Shown: positions 27,971 to 37,458 of the stretch, piece by piece
How positions within the stretch are numbered: position 1 is the first letter of the stretch
Layout of the letters: each line of letters starts with the position of its first letter
Assembly: GCA_903960515.1 (NCBI GenBank)
Contig: CAJCBL010000023.1
Location: forward strand, 7,909-71,908
Source of the DNA: an uncultured Verrucomicrobiota bacterium
Lineage (GTDB): Bacteria; Verrucomicrobiota; Verrucomicrobiia; Opitutales; Opitutaceae
Reading direction: 5' to 3'
DNA length: 64,000 nt
Position numbers and translations under genes: made by a program
Notes under the pieces: generated by a model
Databases searched by the model: none
Told to the model about the DNA's origin: nothing
The model's input: only the letters and a program-made list of their open reading frames with translations

Positions 27971-28666
27971 TCAGACAAAAAGACCGTCGCGCATCGGGCG
28001 AATAATATCGCAGCGTTTGGCTATATCGGGGTTGTGCGTGACGAGCACCACCGCCTGCTCATTGTCTCTCGCGAGCTTGCACAGAAGGTCGAACACCAGC
28101 CCGGAGTTGGCCTGGTCGAGATTGCCGGTGGGTTCGTCAGCAAGAATGATAGAGGGCGCATTGGCCAGCGCCCGTGCTATCGCCACGCGCTGCTGCTCAC
28201 CGCCGGAGAGTTGCGTGGCCAGACGCTTGGATTTGTCCCCTAGCCCAACGTCGGTCAGCAATTGCTGGGCACGCGCCGCCATGTGGTCCGGGCTGAGGCG
28301 GCCGAGCTTGCGCATCGGCATCATCACGTTTTCCAACGCGCTGAATTCCGGTAGCAGGAAGTGGAACTGGAATACAAAGCCGACGTGTTCGCATCGCACT
28401 GCCGTGCGGGCGGCGTCATCGGCTTGACTCATCTGGTTGCCGTTGATCCAAATATCTCCTTGTTCGGCGCGATCCAGCAGGCCGAGGAGATACAGCAAAG
28501 TGCTCTTGCCGCAGCCTGAAGGCCCTACGATGGCACAAACCTTACCCCGTTCAGCTTCGAAGCCGACCCCGCGCAATACATGCACCCGGCCTTCGCCAGA
28601 GCCGAGATAGCGGTGTACGCCATTGCAGGAAAGTGCGAGGTCTCGGGGAGTGGAGGGGTTGCTCAT
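27971..28666 (-). CDS. ABC transporter ATP-binding protein (MacB/LolD/DevA-type)
   Basis: Walker A GPSGCGKST, signature LSGGEQQR, Walker B ILADEPTGNLD. ATGA overlap with the permease gene. Confidence 0.9.
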   Translation of the reverse strand: MSNPSTPRDLALSCNGVHRYLGSGEGRVHVLRGVGFEAERGKVCAIVGPSGCGKSTLLYLLGLLDRAEQGDIWINGNQMSQADDAARTAVRCEHVGFVFQFHFLLPEFSALENVMMPMRKLGRLSPDHMAARAQQLLTDVGLGDKSKRLATQLSGGEQQRVAIARALANAPSIILADEPTGNLDQANSGLVFDLLCKLARDNEQAVVLVTHNPDIAKRCDIIRPMRDGLFV

Positions 28667-29901
28667 TGCGAAGTCCCTCGGATAACGTCACCCGGTTCAA
28701 GACGGGCGGCGCGGCGCGCAGGGATAAGGCTGGCCATCATCACCACCACCGTAGCCGTGGCGGCAGCGAATACATAGTGCCAGATCGACCAGGCTACAAC
28801 AAAGCTGTCGGTCGAAAATATACCGCGGATGCGGATAGGCAGTCGGGATACGCCATAAGTGATGGCGGCGCCGAAGATCCAGCCCAAGACAACACCTATG
28901 ATCAGTACGATGGCGCCCTGCCAGAGGAAAATACGGGCGATATCCTGCCGAGTATAACCCATCGAGCGCAAGATGGCTATCTCCTTGGTCTTCTCCATAA
29001 CAATCATGGCCAAGGTATTAAACATGCCAAGCCCGGAAATAAGGATCAGGGTGGAAACAGTGAGGGCGGATGAAACGCGCAGCGCCCGGAACACCTCAAG
29101 CCAGGTCTTCTCGCGTGCCTGCCAAGACTTGACCGAATGCCCCAAGGTACGCTCCATATGAGCGGCGTCAGCCGGAGCGCGATCGCGATCGGCGATCGCC
29201 ACCTGCAGGAATGAGGCACCGCTGGGCTTTTGCAGCAGGGATCGGGTTTCCTGCATGTGCATGTACATGCGCTGCCGATCAATATCGCTCACACCGGTCT
29301 CAAAAATCGCAGAAACACGGTAATTGCGCATCTGGTTGGAGGCCTCCAGGGTAATCGACTCGCCCACATTTACCCCTAGGCGGCTGGCCAAAACCCGGCC
29401 CACGAGAAGCCCGCTGGGGTTGATCTTAAAGTCGTTGAGATGGCCGAATACGATCTGCTGTCCCAGATCGGACACCCGCAACTGATCGTCTATATTTATA
29501 CCGAAAACCCGGGCCGAATCGCTTTGGCTGCCCCGGCGCACAAGCACCGCCCCCGTAAGCACCTCAGCGATTCCGGTGACGTTGCCGAACTGGTTGACCG
29601 CCTGCCGCAACTTCTCGGGTTCGGTGATGCCCTCTACGTATTTCACACTGTCGCGATGTTCAAAGTCGAAAGCGGAACCGTCGGAAGACATCGAACTGAG
29701 GGTATCCTGGATGCGATCCTCAATGCGAATAGCCCCGTTGGTCCCAAGAATGGTCTTGATGAAAAACTCCTCGAAACCGCTGGTCTGCGCCTGGGTGACG
29801 ATGAAGAAACCCACGCCAAACACAATGCCTGCGAGGCTCATCAACATGGAGCGCCGCTTGGCTGTGAGGAACCGCAGCGCGATACGGATGTTCGGTGACA
29901 T
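28663..29901 (-). CDS. ABC transporter permease, FtsX/MacB-type
   Basis: TM1, a large periplasmic domain, then three C-terminal TMs. Contains KEIAILRSMGYTRQDI, the FtsX-family pattern. Confidence 0.85.
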   Translation of the reverse strand: MSPNIRIALRFLTAKRRSMLMSLAGIVFGVGFFIVTQAQTSGFEEFFIKTILGTNGAIRIEDRIQDTLSSMSSDGSAFDFEHRDSVKYVEGITEPEKLRQAVNQFGNVTGIAEVLTGAVLVRRGSQSDSARVFGINIDDQLRVSDLGQQIVFGHLNDFKINPSGLLVGRVLASRLGVNVGESITLEASNQMRNYRVSAIFETGVSDIDRQRMYMHMQETRSLLQKPSGASFLQVAIADRDRAPADAAHMERTLGHSVKSWQAREKTWLEVFRALRVSSALTVSTLILISGLGMFNTLAMIVMEKTKEIAILRSMGYTRQDIARIFLWQGAIVLIIGVVLGWIFGAAITYGVSRLPIRIRGIFSTDSFVVAWSIWHYVFAAATATVVVMMASLIPARRAARLEPGDVIRGTSQ

Positions 29902-29915
29902 CAGGCGTGGTAGGG

Positions 29916-31037
29916 TTAGGAGCCCTTGTCGGTTTTTACCTCGGCAACCGACACTCGATCTCCCACACGAAACCGATCGAGATCCTCAACGATAACAGCG
30001 TCGCCAGCTTCGAGACCACGCATAATTTCCACAGAATTGAGACTGGTGAAGCCCACCTCGACGGTCTTCAGTTCCACACGGCCATCCTTCACCAGAAAAA
30101 CACTGCGGCCAAACAAGGCCCGCCGGGGAATGATCACCGCATTGTCCCGAGCATCCACTACAATATTAACCTCACCGGTGATGCCGGGCACCAACAGCTT
30201 GGGATCGATCTCCACGGACAGGTGGACCATATAACGCTGGGTGAGCGGGTCGGCAGCGGGAAGGATCTTCTCCACTCGCGCGGAGTACTGTGTGGCACCG
30301 TAACTTAGAAAGCGTAGCGTGGCGTGCTGCCCGATCTTCAAACCGGCGAAATTTTCCTCGCTGATCCTCGCCTCGATCACGCGACTGTCGGCGATGATGG
30401 TGGCCACCGGTTCACCAGTCGAAATCAAATCGCCAACATTGGTAAATACTGCGGAGATGACTCCCTCCACAGGCGAGCGAAGCGTCATCTTGCTGCGACT
30501 GCGGTTAGCCACCTTCAAATCGTTCTCGATCCTCGCCAACTGCTGAGCGTTGGCAACATTCTCAAGTTCCAATTTCTGCTCGATCTGTTTCACCACGCGC
30601 CGCTGCCGCTCCAGATCAACGGCTGTCACTGTGCCCTGCTTGGCCAAGCGATCCGCAGTCTCCAATTGGTCATTGGCATTTTGAAGCTCAAACTGAGTGG
30701 CCGACCCGATCTGGATACGCTTCTGTATCGTCGAGCGATCATTCTCCAATTGATCGATTTGCAGGTTCAGATCGGTCTGGTCGAGTTCGATCAGCACACC
30801 GCCGGCAGCCACCTTCGAACTCAGTTCGAGATTGCTGCTGACAATGCGCCCGCCCACATCGCTTTTGACCTGTAGCGCGCGCTCGGCCAACACCGTGATG
30901 GACCCGGGAACCGCATTGATCGCACGGTCTCGCTTGGCCAGCACCACGATGGCTTGGGGGCGCATCATCTGCACCCCAAGCCAAGCAGCCACGGCGATCA
31001 ACACCAGAACTCCAGCCAACTTCAACTTGTAGGACAT
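29916..31037 (-). CDS. efflux periplasmic adaptor (HlyD/MFP family)
   Basis: Internal ATG at 31037 (MSYKLKLAGVLVLIAV). Lipoyl, coiled-coil and beta-barrel pattern, including SPVEGVI. Confidence 0.85.
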   Translation of the reverse strand: MSYKLKLAGVLVLIAVAAWLGVQMMRPQAIVVLAKRDRAINAVPGSITVLAERALQVKSDVGGRIVSSNLELSSKVAAGGVLIELDQTDLNLQIDQLENDRSTIQKRIQIGSATQFELQNANDQLETADRLAKQGTVTAVDLERQRRVVKQIEQKLELENVANAQQLARIENDLKVANRSRSKMTLRSPVEGVISAVFTNVGDLISTGEPVATIIADSRVIEARISEENFAGLKIGQHATLRFLSYGATQYSARVEKILPAADPLTQRYMVHLSVEIDPKLLVPGITGEVNIVVDARDNAVIIPRRALFGRSVFLVKDGRVELKTVEVGFTSLNSVEIMRGLEAGDAVIVEDLDRFRVGDRVSVAEVKTDKGS

Positions 31038-31050
31038 CGAAAGATAAGAA

Positions 31051-32409
31051 TTAGTGCTGCTGGACACCGACACGGGCCACAGGATCCGCACCCTTGGAAG
31101 AAAGATACTCTACGACAGCGCTAAGATGAGCCGCCAGCGCCGCTTGAGCGTAATATTGATGGGAAAACACATTGCCTTGGGCTGCGTCGATCTGCTCCTG
31201 TGACACCAAGCCACGGCCGGCCTCCTCACGCTGGTGGGTCAAGCCTTCGCTAGCCATGCGCAAATGCATCTTCGCCACCTGATAGGAATCCCAAGTGAAG
31301 CCCACATTGTCGCTCGCGCGGGCCAACTTTCGGGCGACCACCAGCCGCGAGCTCACCAATTTCTGCTCAGCACGGCGCAGTCGGGTAAGCGCCGCGAGCC
31401 GCTGGCCCTTAGAGCTCAAGCCGTCGAACAAATTCCAGTTCACCACAGTGCCGATAAAGGCTGTGTCGGCTTGGTATCTATAGGTACCCTTATCCTGGGG
31501 TTGAGTATACTGATCGCGACTGATGCCGGCAGTCAGTCCCAATTTCGGATAAAGCGCGTAGCGGGGACCAACGCGTGCGAGCTTGGCCTTCTCCACCTCC
31601 ATCTCGACTATCTTCACTTCAGCGGAATCGTCGATCGCGGAACTGGCCACCACGGGAGCCACCGCTGGCGCTTCCGTAATATCGCCTATCGCCTCGGGTA
31701 TCTCTGCCTCAGTGAGCGCCACGTCGCCGCACATTGAACGGAAACTATCCAGGAGAAACACCAGATCGGCCTTCGCCCGGCGCATCGCCAAGGAAGCCTC
31801 GTCCACCCGCAGTTGGTGGGTCATGATCTCGCCATAGGTCACCTGGTTTGCGCTATATCGCGCCTGCTGACGTGCGAGGTTTCCCTGCGCCAGACGAAAG
31901 GTGAGCTCGGCGTTGCGCACCACCATTTTGTTCAGAACCAAACCGAGATAGGCTGAGCGAACTTCGCCCGCCAATACCCGAAAGGCCTCTGAGTAATTCT
32001 TCTTCGCCAAGTCCCGATCAATTCGGGAGATCTTGCGAGTCGCCTCCAACGCACCCCATTGCCAGACTGACTGGTTGATGGAGAAGTTGTAGCCCAGTTT
32101 GTCTTTGTTATTCCAACCGGTGCCATCGATAAGCTTCTCCTTCTGGAGCTGATACTGCGCATACCCGCCTACGGACGGCAGGCTGGAGGAGCGGGCCACG
32201 TAGCCATCGGCTTCAGCCAGCACAAGATCGAGATTGCGCTCCAAGACCTTGGGCGACTGCTGCATTGCGCGCTCAAGTAGCGGTTTCAGTTGGGGCAGAA
32301 CATCTTCCGGCAACTGTACCTTCTCGTCCACGCCGCCGGCAGCGCAAGCCCCGGTGGTCGCCAAGGTAATCAGGACTGTGGATAGGAGGCTCGCGATCGA
32401 TTGCTTCAT
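31051..32409 (-). CDS. TolC-family outer-membrane efflux protein
   Basis: Internal ATG at 32409 with a signal peptide (MKQSIASLLSTVLITLATTGACAAG). Two tandem alpha-helical/beta repeats typical of OEP. Confidence 0.85.
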   Translation of the reverse strand: MKQSIASLLSTVLITLATTGACAAGGVDEKVQLPEDVLPQLKPLLERAMQQSPKVLERNLDLVLAEADGYVARSSSLPSVGGYAQYQLQKEKLIDGTGWNNKDKLGYNFSINQSVWQWGALEATRKISRIDRDLAKKNYSEAFRVLAGEVRSAYLGLVLNKMVVRNAELTFRLAQGNLARQQARYSANQVTYGEIMTHQLRVDEASLAMRRAKADLVFLLDSFRSMCGDVALTEAEIPEAIGDITEAPAVAPVVASSAIDDSAEVKIVEMEVEKAKLARVGPRYALYPKLGLTAGISRDQYTQPQDKGTYRYQADTAFIGTVVNWNLFDGLSSKGQRLAALTRLRRAEQKLVSSRLVVARKLARASDNVGFTWDSYQVAKMHLRMASEGLTHQREEAGRGLVSQEQIDAAQGNVFSHQYYAQAALAAHLSAVVEYLSSKGADPVARVGVQQH

Positions 32410-32589
32410 CGGGTTTGCTGGTTTGTCCGGCCAAACACCAAGCCACCCTTTGGCAGTGATAGCCGAACGGAAATTCCGTCGAGATGTAAGGGTCACCGGA
32501 GACGGGTCAAACACAAAATTTTGCGCCGCCAGAGCGCTTGGGCGCGGGGATCGCAAGATTTCAGTTCCTTAACCGTACCCATTCTCAGT

Positions 32590-32715
32590 CGCAGGAGCGT
32601 GCTTGCACGCGATTCAGAGCGCAGATGGCGTGCTAGCACGCTCCTTCGGCGGGCACCGGAGTTCGTGCACTGCCAGAGCGCAAGGCCGTAGGATTGCATG
32701 GTTACGGCTTAGGTG
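32590..32715 (-). repeat. composite palindromic element, copy 5, reverse orientation
   Basis: Core GGAGCGTGCTTGCACGCGAT (32594-32613), loop TCAGAGCGCAG, then ATGGCGTGCTAGCACGCTCC (32625-32644). Downstream modules GGAGTTCGTGCACTGCCAGAGCGC and GCATGGTTACGGCT match the other copies. Confidence 0.85.
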
Positions 32716-32996
32716 TCGCGCACCTGAGGTGGGCGAATCGTGAGGGTCCGAACTCGGTGAGTAGCGCCGTCCCTCTCCCTGCCGGGCTTCAATGCCAGTG
32801 GCCCCCGAATCAGGCGAAGGAACGTCCATACCAGCGAATGCCCCGCCTGCACCACTCTCACTGAACTCACATGGCTCAATATATGGGGCAGAAATGCAAC
32901 TAACCAAATGTAACAAATCGCGGCCAGTTTCGTGGCCGAATTGCCCCGTCCCTAGCAGCAGAGTCGGCGGTCCCGTTCTCTCGTTATCAAGAGCAC

Positions 32997-33216
32997 AATC
33001 GACCTGTCCCTTATCGGGGCTTTCGACCTGTCCCTTATCGGGGCTCGCCTGGGCGGCCCCGCCCGCGTGGTACGCGGCGCACCTGAACGCAGCGCCAGTG
33101 CCTATATATCCACCAGGAAGCGAGATCCCTGTGTCCTAGAGTGCAAAATCGACCTGTCCCCTATTCGGAGCAGAATCTCCCTCGGAGACCATAATCGACC
33201 TGTCCCTTATCGGGGC
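32997..33216 (+). repeat. four direct copies of a 22-24-bp motif (iteron-like array)
   Basis: (A)ATCGACCTGTCCCTTATCGGGGC at 32997-33020, 33023-33044 and 33193-33216, plus a variant AATCGACCTGTCCCCTATTCGGAGC at 33147-33171. Confidence 0.85.
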
Positions 33217-33429
33217 ACGTGTAAACTCGGCGGGGCTCTATCCTCCGCCGGGAAGCGACGTTCGCCCGGCGCTCAAGGCCGCAGCCGTCGGCCGCTTGCC
33301 ATGCCCCTCCACCATGTGCTCGAAGCATGGTTCCGTTACGCCTTCGGCCTTGCCCAGGAACACCGCCCCCCCGACCATTTGAACCACCGGCATGGCCTGT
33401 AACCAAACGCAGGACTCCCCTCGCACCCC

Positions 33430-34776
33430 ATGAAACGCATCGCCATCGTCGGCGCCGGGATCACCGGTCTCACCGCAGCCAGCGAACTAGCCGCCGCCGG
33501 CCACTCCGTAACCGTATTCGAGTCCTCCGACCGCGTGGGCGGCGCCATCCGCTCGATTCGCCGCGACGGCTGGCTGGTGGAGGCGGGCCCAAACACCCTG
33601 CTGCTGCGCGACTCCTCCCTCGATCCTCTCTTGGCCCGTGCCGGCCTCAACCCGGACCTGCAGATCGCCAACCCTTCCGCCGCCCGTCGCTTCATCGTGC
33701 GCCACGGCCGCCCCCACGCCCTGCCCGAAAACCTCTGGCAGGCGATCACGACTCCTATCTTCAACTTCAGCGGCAAGCTGCGCGTGCTCGGAGAACCCTT
33801 CGTGCGGCAAAACCGCACCCACCCCGACGAGACCCTCGCCGCCTTCGCCCGGCGCCGCGTGGGCCAGGAGTTTCTCGACTACGCAGTCAACCCGTTCATC
33901 GGCGGCGTCTACGCCTGCGCTCCCGAGGAGCTCTGTGTGCGCCACGCCCTTCCCCGCCTCTGGCGGCTGGAGCAAAACTACGGCTCGCTCGTGCGCGGCA
34001 CCATCGCTCTGATGCGCGCCAAGCGGAAGGCCGGCCTGCGCACCAAGTCGCGCCTTGTCTCCTTCCGCGACGGCCTGCAAGCGCTACCCACCGCCCTCGC
34101 CGCCGCTCTCGACCAAGCCGTCCATCTCGACTCCGAGGTCGTCGCCGCCGAGCGCCTACCTGCGGGCTGGCGCCTCACCGTCCGCCGCGCCGGTGCCGCC
34201 ACCACAGCAGACTTCGATTCCGTACTCTTCACCTGCGGCTCGGCCGCGCTGGCCCGCCTCCACGTCGCCAACCTCCAGCCGCTCGCCCCTCTCGCCACGC
34301 TGCCCTACTCCGCCGTCACCAGCCTGGCCCTGGGCTTCCGCCGCGAGGCCGTAGCGCATCCGCTCGACGGATTCGGCATGCTCGTGCCCGCCAAGGCGGG
34401 CCGGCGCATCCTGGGCGCGCTCTTCTCGTCGACGCTATTTCCCGGCCGCGCCCCGGAGGGCCACGTGCTCGTCACCGTATTTGTCGGAGGCCGGCAAGCG
34501 GAGGTCGCCGCCCTGCCCGACGCCGAGCTCGACACACTCGTACTGGGCGAACTGCGCGAGCTGCTCGGCGTGAGCGGCGAGCCCGTATTCCGGCAGTGCA
34601 ACCGCTGGCCGCAGGCGATCCCCAAATACACAGTGGCCTTCGGCGCTCTCGCCGCCGCCATGGAGGGCTTTGAGCGCGATCACCCCGGCCTGTATCTGGC
34701 CGGCAACTGCCGCACCGGCATCTCGCTCTCCGATTGCCTGGCGGCCGGAGTCGCCGTGGCCGAGCGGATTTCCTAG
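33430..34776 (+). CDS. hemY: protoporphyrinogen oxidase (FAD-dependent, HemY-type)
   Basis: [17 protein letters not shown]...[14 protein letters not shown] (dinucleotide fold), with the C-terminal GLYLAGN...GISLSDC. Confidence 0.85.
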   Translation: MKRIAIVGAGITGLTAASELAAAGHSVTVFESSDRVGGAIRSIRRDGWLVEAGPNTLLLRDSSLDPLLARAGLNPDLQIANPSAARRFIVRHGRPHALPENLWQAITTPIFNFSGKLRVLGEPFVRQNRTHPDETLAAFARRRVGQEFLDYAVNPFIGGVYACAPEELCVRHALPRLWRLEQNYGSLVRGTIALMRAKRKAGLRTKSRLVSFRDGLQALPTALAAALDQAVHLDSEVVAAERLPAGWRLTVRRAGAATTADFDSVLFTCGSAALARLHVANLQPLAPLATLPYSAVTSLALGFRREAVAHPLDGFGMLVPAKAGRRILGALFSSTLFPGRAPEGHVLVTVFVGGRQAEVAALPDAELDTLVLGELRELLGVSGEPVFRQCNRWPQAIPKYTVAFGALAAAMEGFERDHPGLYLAGNCRTGISLSDCLAAGVAVAERIS

Positions 34777-34834
34777 TTGGGCGGCTCATCTCTTGGTATC
34801 CCATTCCCCCCTAGGCGGGCGGCGGAACCGTGCA

Positions 34835-35035
34835 TCTTTCCTTCCCCCGCAGCCGGGCGGCTCAGCCGTTCAGCATCCCGCCTGCCGTAGTCGGCCGGCA
34901 CAGCCGTTCGCCTTTCCTTGCTTCGTAGCCGGGCGACTCAGCCGTTCAGCTCTCCCCTCCATCGAGGCCGGATGGCTCAGCCGTTCCGCCCCCACCCGAA
35001 ACGGCCGTTGCCTGCCCGCCCGTGTCCGTTAACGG
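34835..35035 (+). repeat. tandem ~76-bp duplication carrying phased CAGCCGTTC boxes, plus two CCGTT/AACGG palindromes
   Basis: Boxes at 34863, 34901, 34939 and 34978 (spacing 38/38/39 bp). AACGGCCGTT at 35000-35009 and CCGTTAACGG at 35026-35035. Confidence 0.8.
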
Positions 35036-35048
35036 TGGACGCATCGAC

Positions 35049-36911
35049 ATGCTGCGCCGACTCAACCTCTTCCGCCTATTCCTCCCGTGCTGCCTGCTGG
35101 GCATGATGCTGCTCGGGTTGGGCGGAAAGCTGTGGCTGATCTACAACCACGGCACAGCCCTGCCCGATGTTCTCCAATGGCAGGCCGGCCTGCCCGAACT
35201 GATACCGCATTGGGCCGATGGAGAGGTCGTGCTCGGCCGCGCCCAGGCCGTGGCTCCCGTTGAGTTCCCCCTCTTGGCGCGCCTGGCCCTCGGCGCGCAG
35301 GTACACGCCAACCGTCAGTGGGACGAACGCCTGACCACCTTGGTGAACGCCCTGTTGCTGGTCTGCACCATGAGCCTGCTGCTCGCTGTGGCCGCCCGCC
35401 GTCTAGGCTGGCTGGCGCTCTGGTCCACCGCGCTTTGCGCCGGAGTGCTGCTGGCGCTGCCCCTGGGTTGGGAGCAATCGCTGGCCGGCTCGGCCCTGCC
35501 GGATCGGCTCGGGCTGCTGCTCGCCTTCCCGGCGGCTTGGGCGCTGCTGGATCGTAAACTCGAATCGCCGCTGTGGTTGCTGGGCGCAGTCGCCATGCTG
35601 TTGGCCACCGCAGCCTCGGAGTTGACGGCGGCGGTCTGCATCGCCACCGGACTCGTCGCCCTCATCCGGGCATTCACTACGCCGGCCCGCCGCAACCGCG
35701 ACCTCTCCGTGGTGGCGCTCACCGCCCTTTGCACGGCGCTGGTATTCCAGTTTCAACCGCTGCAGCCCTTCGGCTGGTCGTGGGCCCAGGCCGGCGCGCT
35801 GCTGACCCCCTTCGCCACCTTCTCAAACCCTCTGCCCTGGGTGGTACTGGTACTGCAGGCACCCATCGCTATCCGCATGGTCTCCGCCATGCGCAACGGC
35901 GACCGCAAGCACTCCGTGGCCCCGCTCATCGCGCTCACCGCAGCCTGTGTTTTTATCCTGGTGGCGCTCGCCTGGTGCCCGTCCCCGCGGCATTGGGGCA
36001 CAGCCGGCGCCGCCCAGGACATCGCGGCGATCCTTCTGGTCTTTAATTTCTGCGTACTCACCCAGTTCTGGCACAGGCGCTGGCTCGGTTGGACCTCCCG
36101 CGCCCTGCTCACCTCCGCTTGGGTGACGATTCTCGCAGTAGGCCTGCGCGAGCACCTGGAGACCACCATCGGTCGCGATCTGCCGGCTCGCACTGTGCAA
36201 AACCAGGCCCACCTCCAAGCCCTCCGCGATGCCCTGCGCACCGGCCAGGCCTGCACAACCGGCCCTGCCGGCCTCGCTGCCACCAGCGCCACCATCCTGG
36301 GCAACCCCCGCTTGCAGGCCGTGCTCCCGGCCCCACTGCAACCTCCGGTGCCTGTGCTGCGCGGGCCGGCCACCACCGATGATTTCACCACCGGCGCGGT
36401 GGCTAACATCGACCTTCCAGCCCCCGGCGTTGCGGCCTGGATGGGAGGACCCGCCGCCACAGCGGAGGGTGGCACCCTGTTCATCAGCCTGCCCCTGCCC
36501 CCCGCCCGCTCCGGAGTGCTGCGCTTCCTCGTGGCCGGCGACCTGGGCACCGCCCGTTTCCCCTTCGTGCTGCGCTCCACCCGTACCGGAGAACTCACTC
36601 CACTGGTGCTCGACACCCGCACGGGTGAACGTTGGCGCACGGTCAACCTCGTGCGCCCCGAAGACCCGCTGGTGATCATCGCCGGTCCTGCATCGCTGGG
36701 TACCTGGGGCGCCTTCACCTCCCCGGTCGAGATGGGCCTGTGGTCGTGGTACGCGGTGAAACTCGCAAAGAACTGGCTCTGGTTTCTCTCCAGCGGCTGC
36801 CTGGTATTCGCCTGCGCACTGCTGCTCCCTCTCGCCCCCCGCCACCCACGGCGCGACACCTTCACCCTTGATCGCGACGGCCGCGTCCGCCTTGCCGCCG
36901 AGAGGGAATGA
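35049..36911 (+). CDS. polytopic membrane protein with C-terminal extracytoplasmic domain, function unknown
   Basis: ATG 35049 is preferred over GTG 35022. About 10 hydrophobic segments are followed by a ~200-aa soluble region and a final TM. GC3-rich. Confidence 0.6.
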   Translation: MLRRLNLFRLFLPCCLLGMMLLGLGGKLWLIYNHGTALPDVLQWQAGLPELIPHWADGEVVLGRAQAVAPVEFPLLARLALGAQVHANRQWDERLTTLVNALLLVCTMSLLLAVAARRLGWLALWSTALCAGVLLALPLGWEQSLAGSALPDRLGLLLAFPAAWALLDRKLESPLWLLGAVAMLLATAASELTAAVCIATGLVALIRAFTTPARRNRDLSVVALTALCTALVFQFQPLQPFGWSWAQAGALLTPFATFSNPLPWVVLVLQAPIAIRMVSAMRNGDRKHSVAPLIALTAACVFILVALAWCPSPRHWGTAGAAQDIAAILLVFNFCVLTQFWHRRWLGWTSRALLTSAWVTILAVGLREHLETTIGRDLPARTVQNQAHLQALRDALRTGQACTTGPAGLAATSATILGNPRLQAVLPAPLQPPVPVLRGPATTDDFTTGAVANIDLPAPGVAAWMGGPAATAEGGTLFISLPLPPARSGVLRFLVAGDLGTARFPFVLRSTRTGELTPLVLDTRTGERWRTVNLVRPEDPLVIIAGPASLGTWGAFTSPVEMGLWSWYAVKLAKNWLWFLSSGCLVFACALLLPLAPRHPRRDTFTLDRDGRVRLAAERE

Positions 36912-36972
36912 GTCCGGCCCACCGGCGCTTCCGGCTTCACTTGTTGCGGGCATTCCCGCTTCATGTCCCGCG

Positions 36973-37458
36973 ATGAAGCCCGGCCCGGACAGCACCGCTC
37001 CCGATTCCGATGCGCTGCGCAAGCAACTCATCCTCGCCCAGGTGCAGCTCATGGAGTTGGAGGATGTGCGCGACTCGCTGCGCACCGAGCTGGCCTCCGC
37101 CCAGTCCTTGCTCGAGCAGAACCGCCTGCTCACCGACTCCGCTCTTCGAGCACACGACCACACCGAGTCCGCACGCCTGGAGCTTCAGGAGGAATGCACC
37201 CGGTTGCGCGCCGCCCTCCGGCAATCGCGAGAGCAGGAGGTGGCACTGGCCGCCCGCTTCACCCAGGCCCAGTCCTCCCTCGCCGAACGCGACCGCACAC
37301 TCAGCGACGTCCACGCCGTCCTCGCCGCGCTACGAAACCGTATCGAGCAGCTTGAGGCCGGCCGCCAAGCCATCGAGTCCTCGCTGGCTTGGCGCTGCAC
37401 CGCCCCCTTGCGCGCCCTGGGGCGGCTGCTGAGCCGGCCGGGAGGCAGGCCGCAGTGA
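36973..37458 (+). CDS. coiled-coil protein
   Basis: ATG 36973. Heptad-rich sequence LRKQLILAQVQLMELEDVRDSLRTELASAQSLLEQN... The stop overlaps the GTG of the next gene (GTGA). Confidence 0.55.
   Translation: MKPGPDSTAPDSDALRKQLILAQVQLMELEDVRDSLRTELASAQSLLEQNRLLTDSALRAHDHTESARLELQEECTRLRAALRQSREQEVALAARFTQAQSSLAERDRTLSDVHAVLAALRNRIEQLEAGRQAIESSLAWRCTAPLRALGRLLSRPGGRPQ

Noticed and set aside
27715-27978. 87-aa minus-strand ORF filling the thiE / ABC-ATPase convergent gap.
   Set aside because: It has a TTG start, many A/T-ending codons unlike all confident genes here, overlaps both neighbours, and has no motif.
32997-33216. Possible CRISPR array, because of the four 24-bp direct repeats.
   Set aside because: Spacer lengths are 2, 102 and 21 bp, which is not regular. 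There are only four copies, one of them degenerate, and no cas genes or leader. It is reported instead as an iteron-like array.
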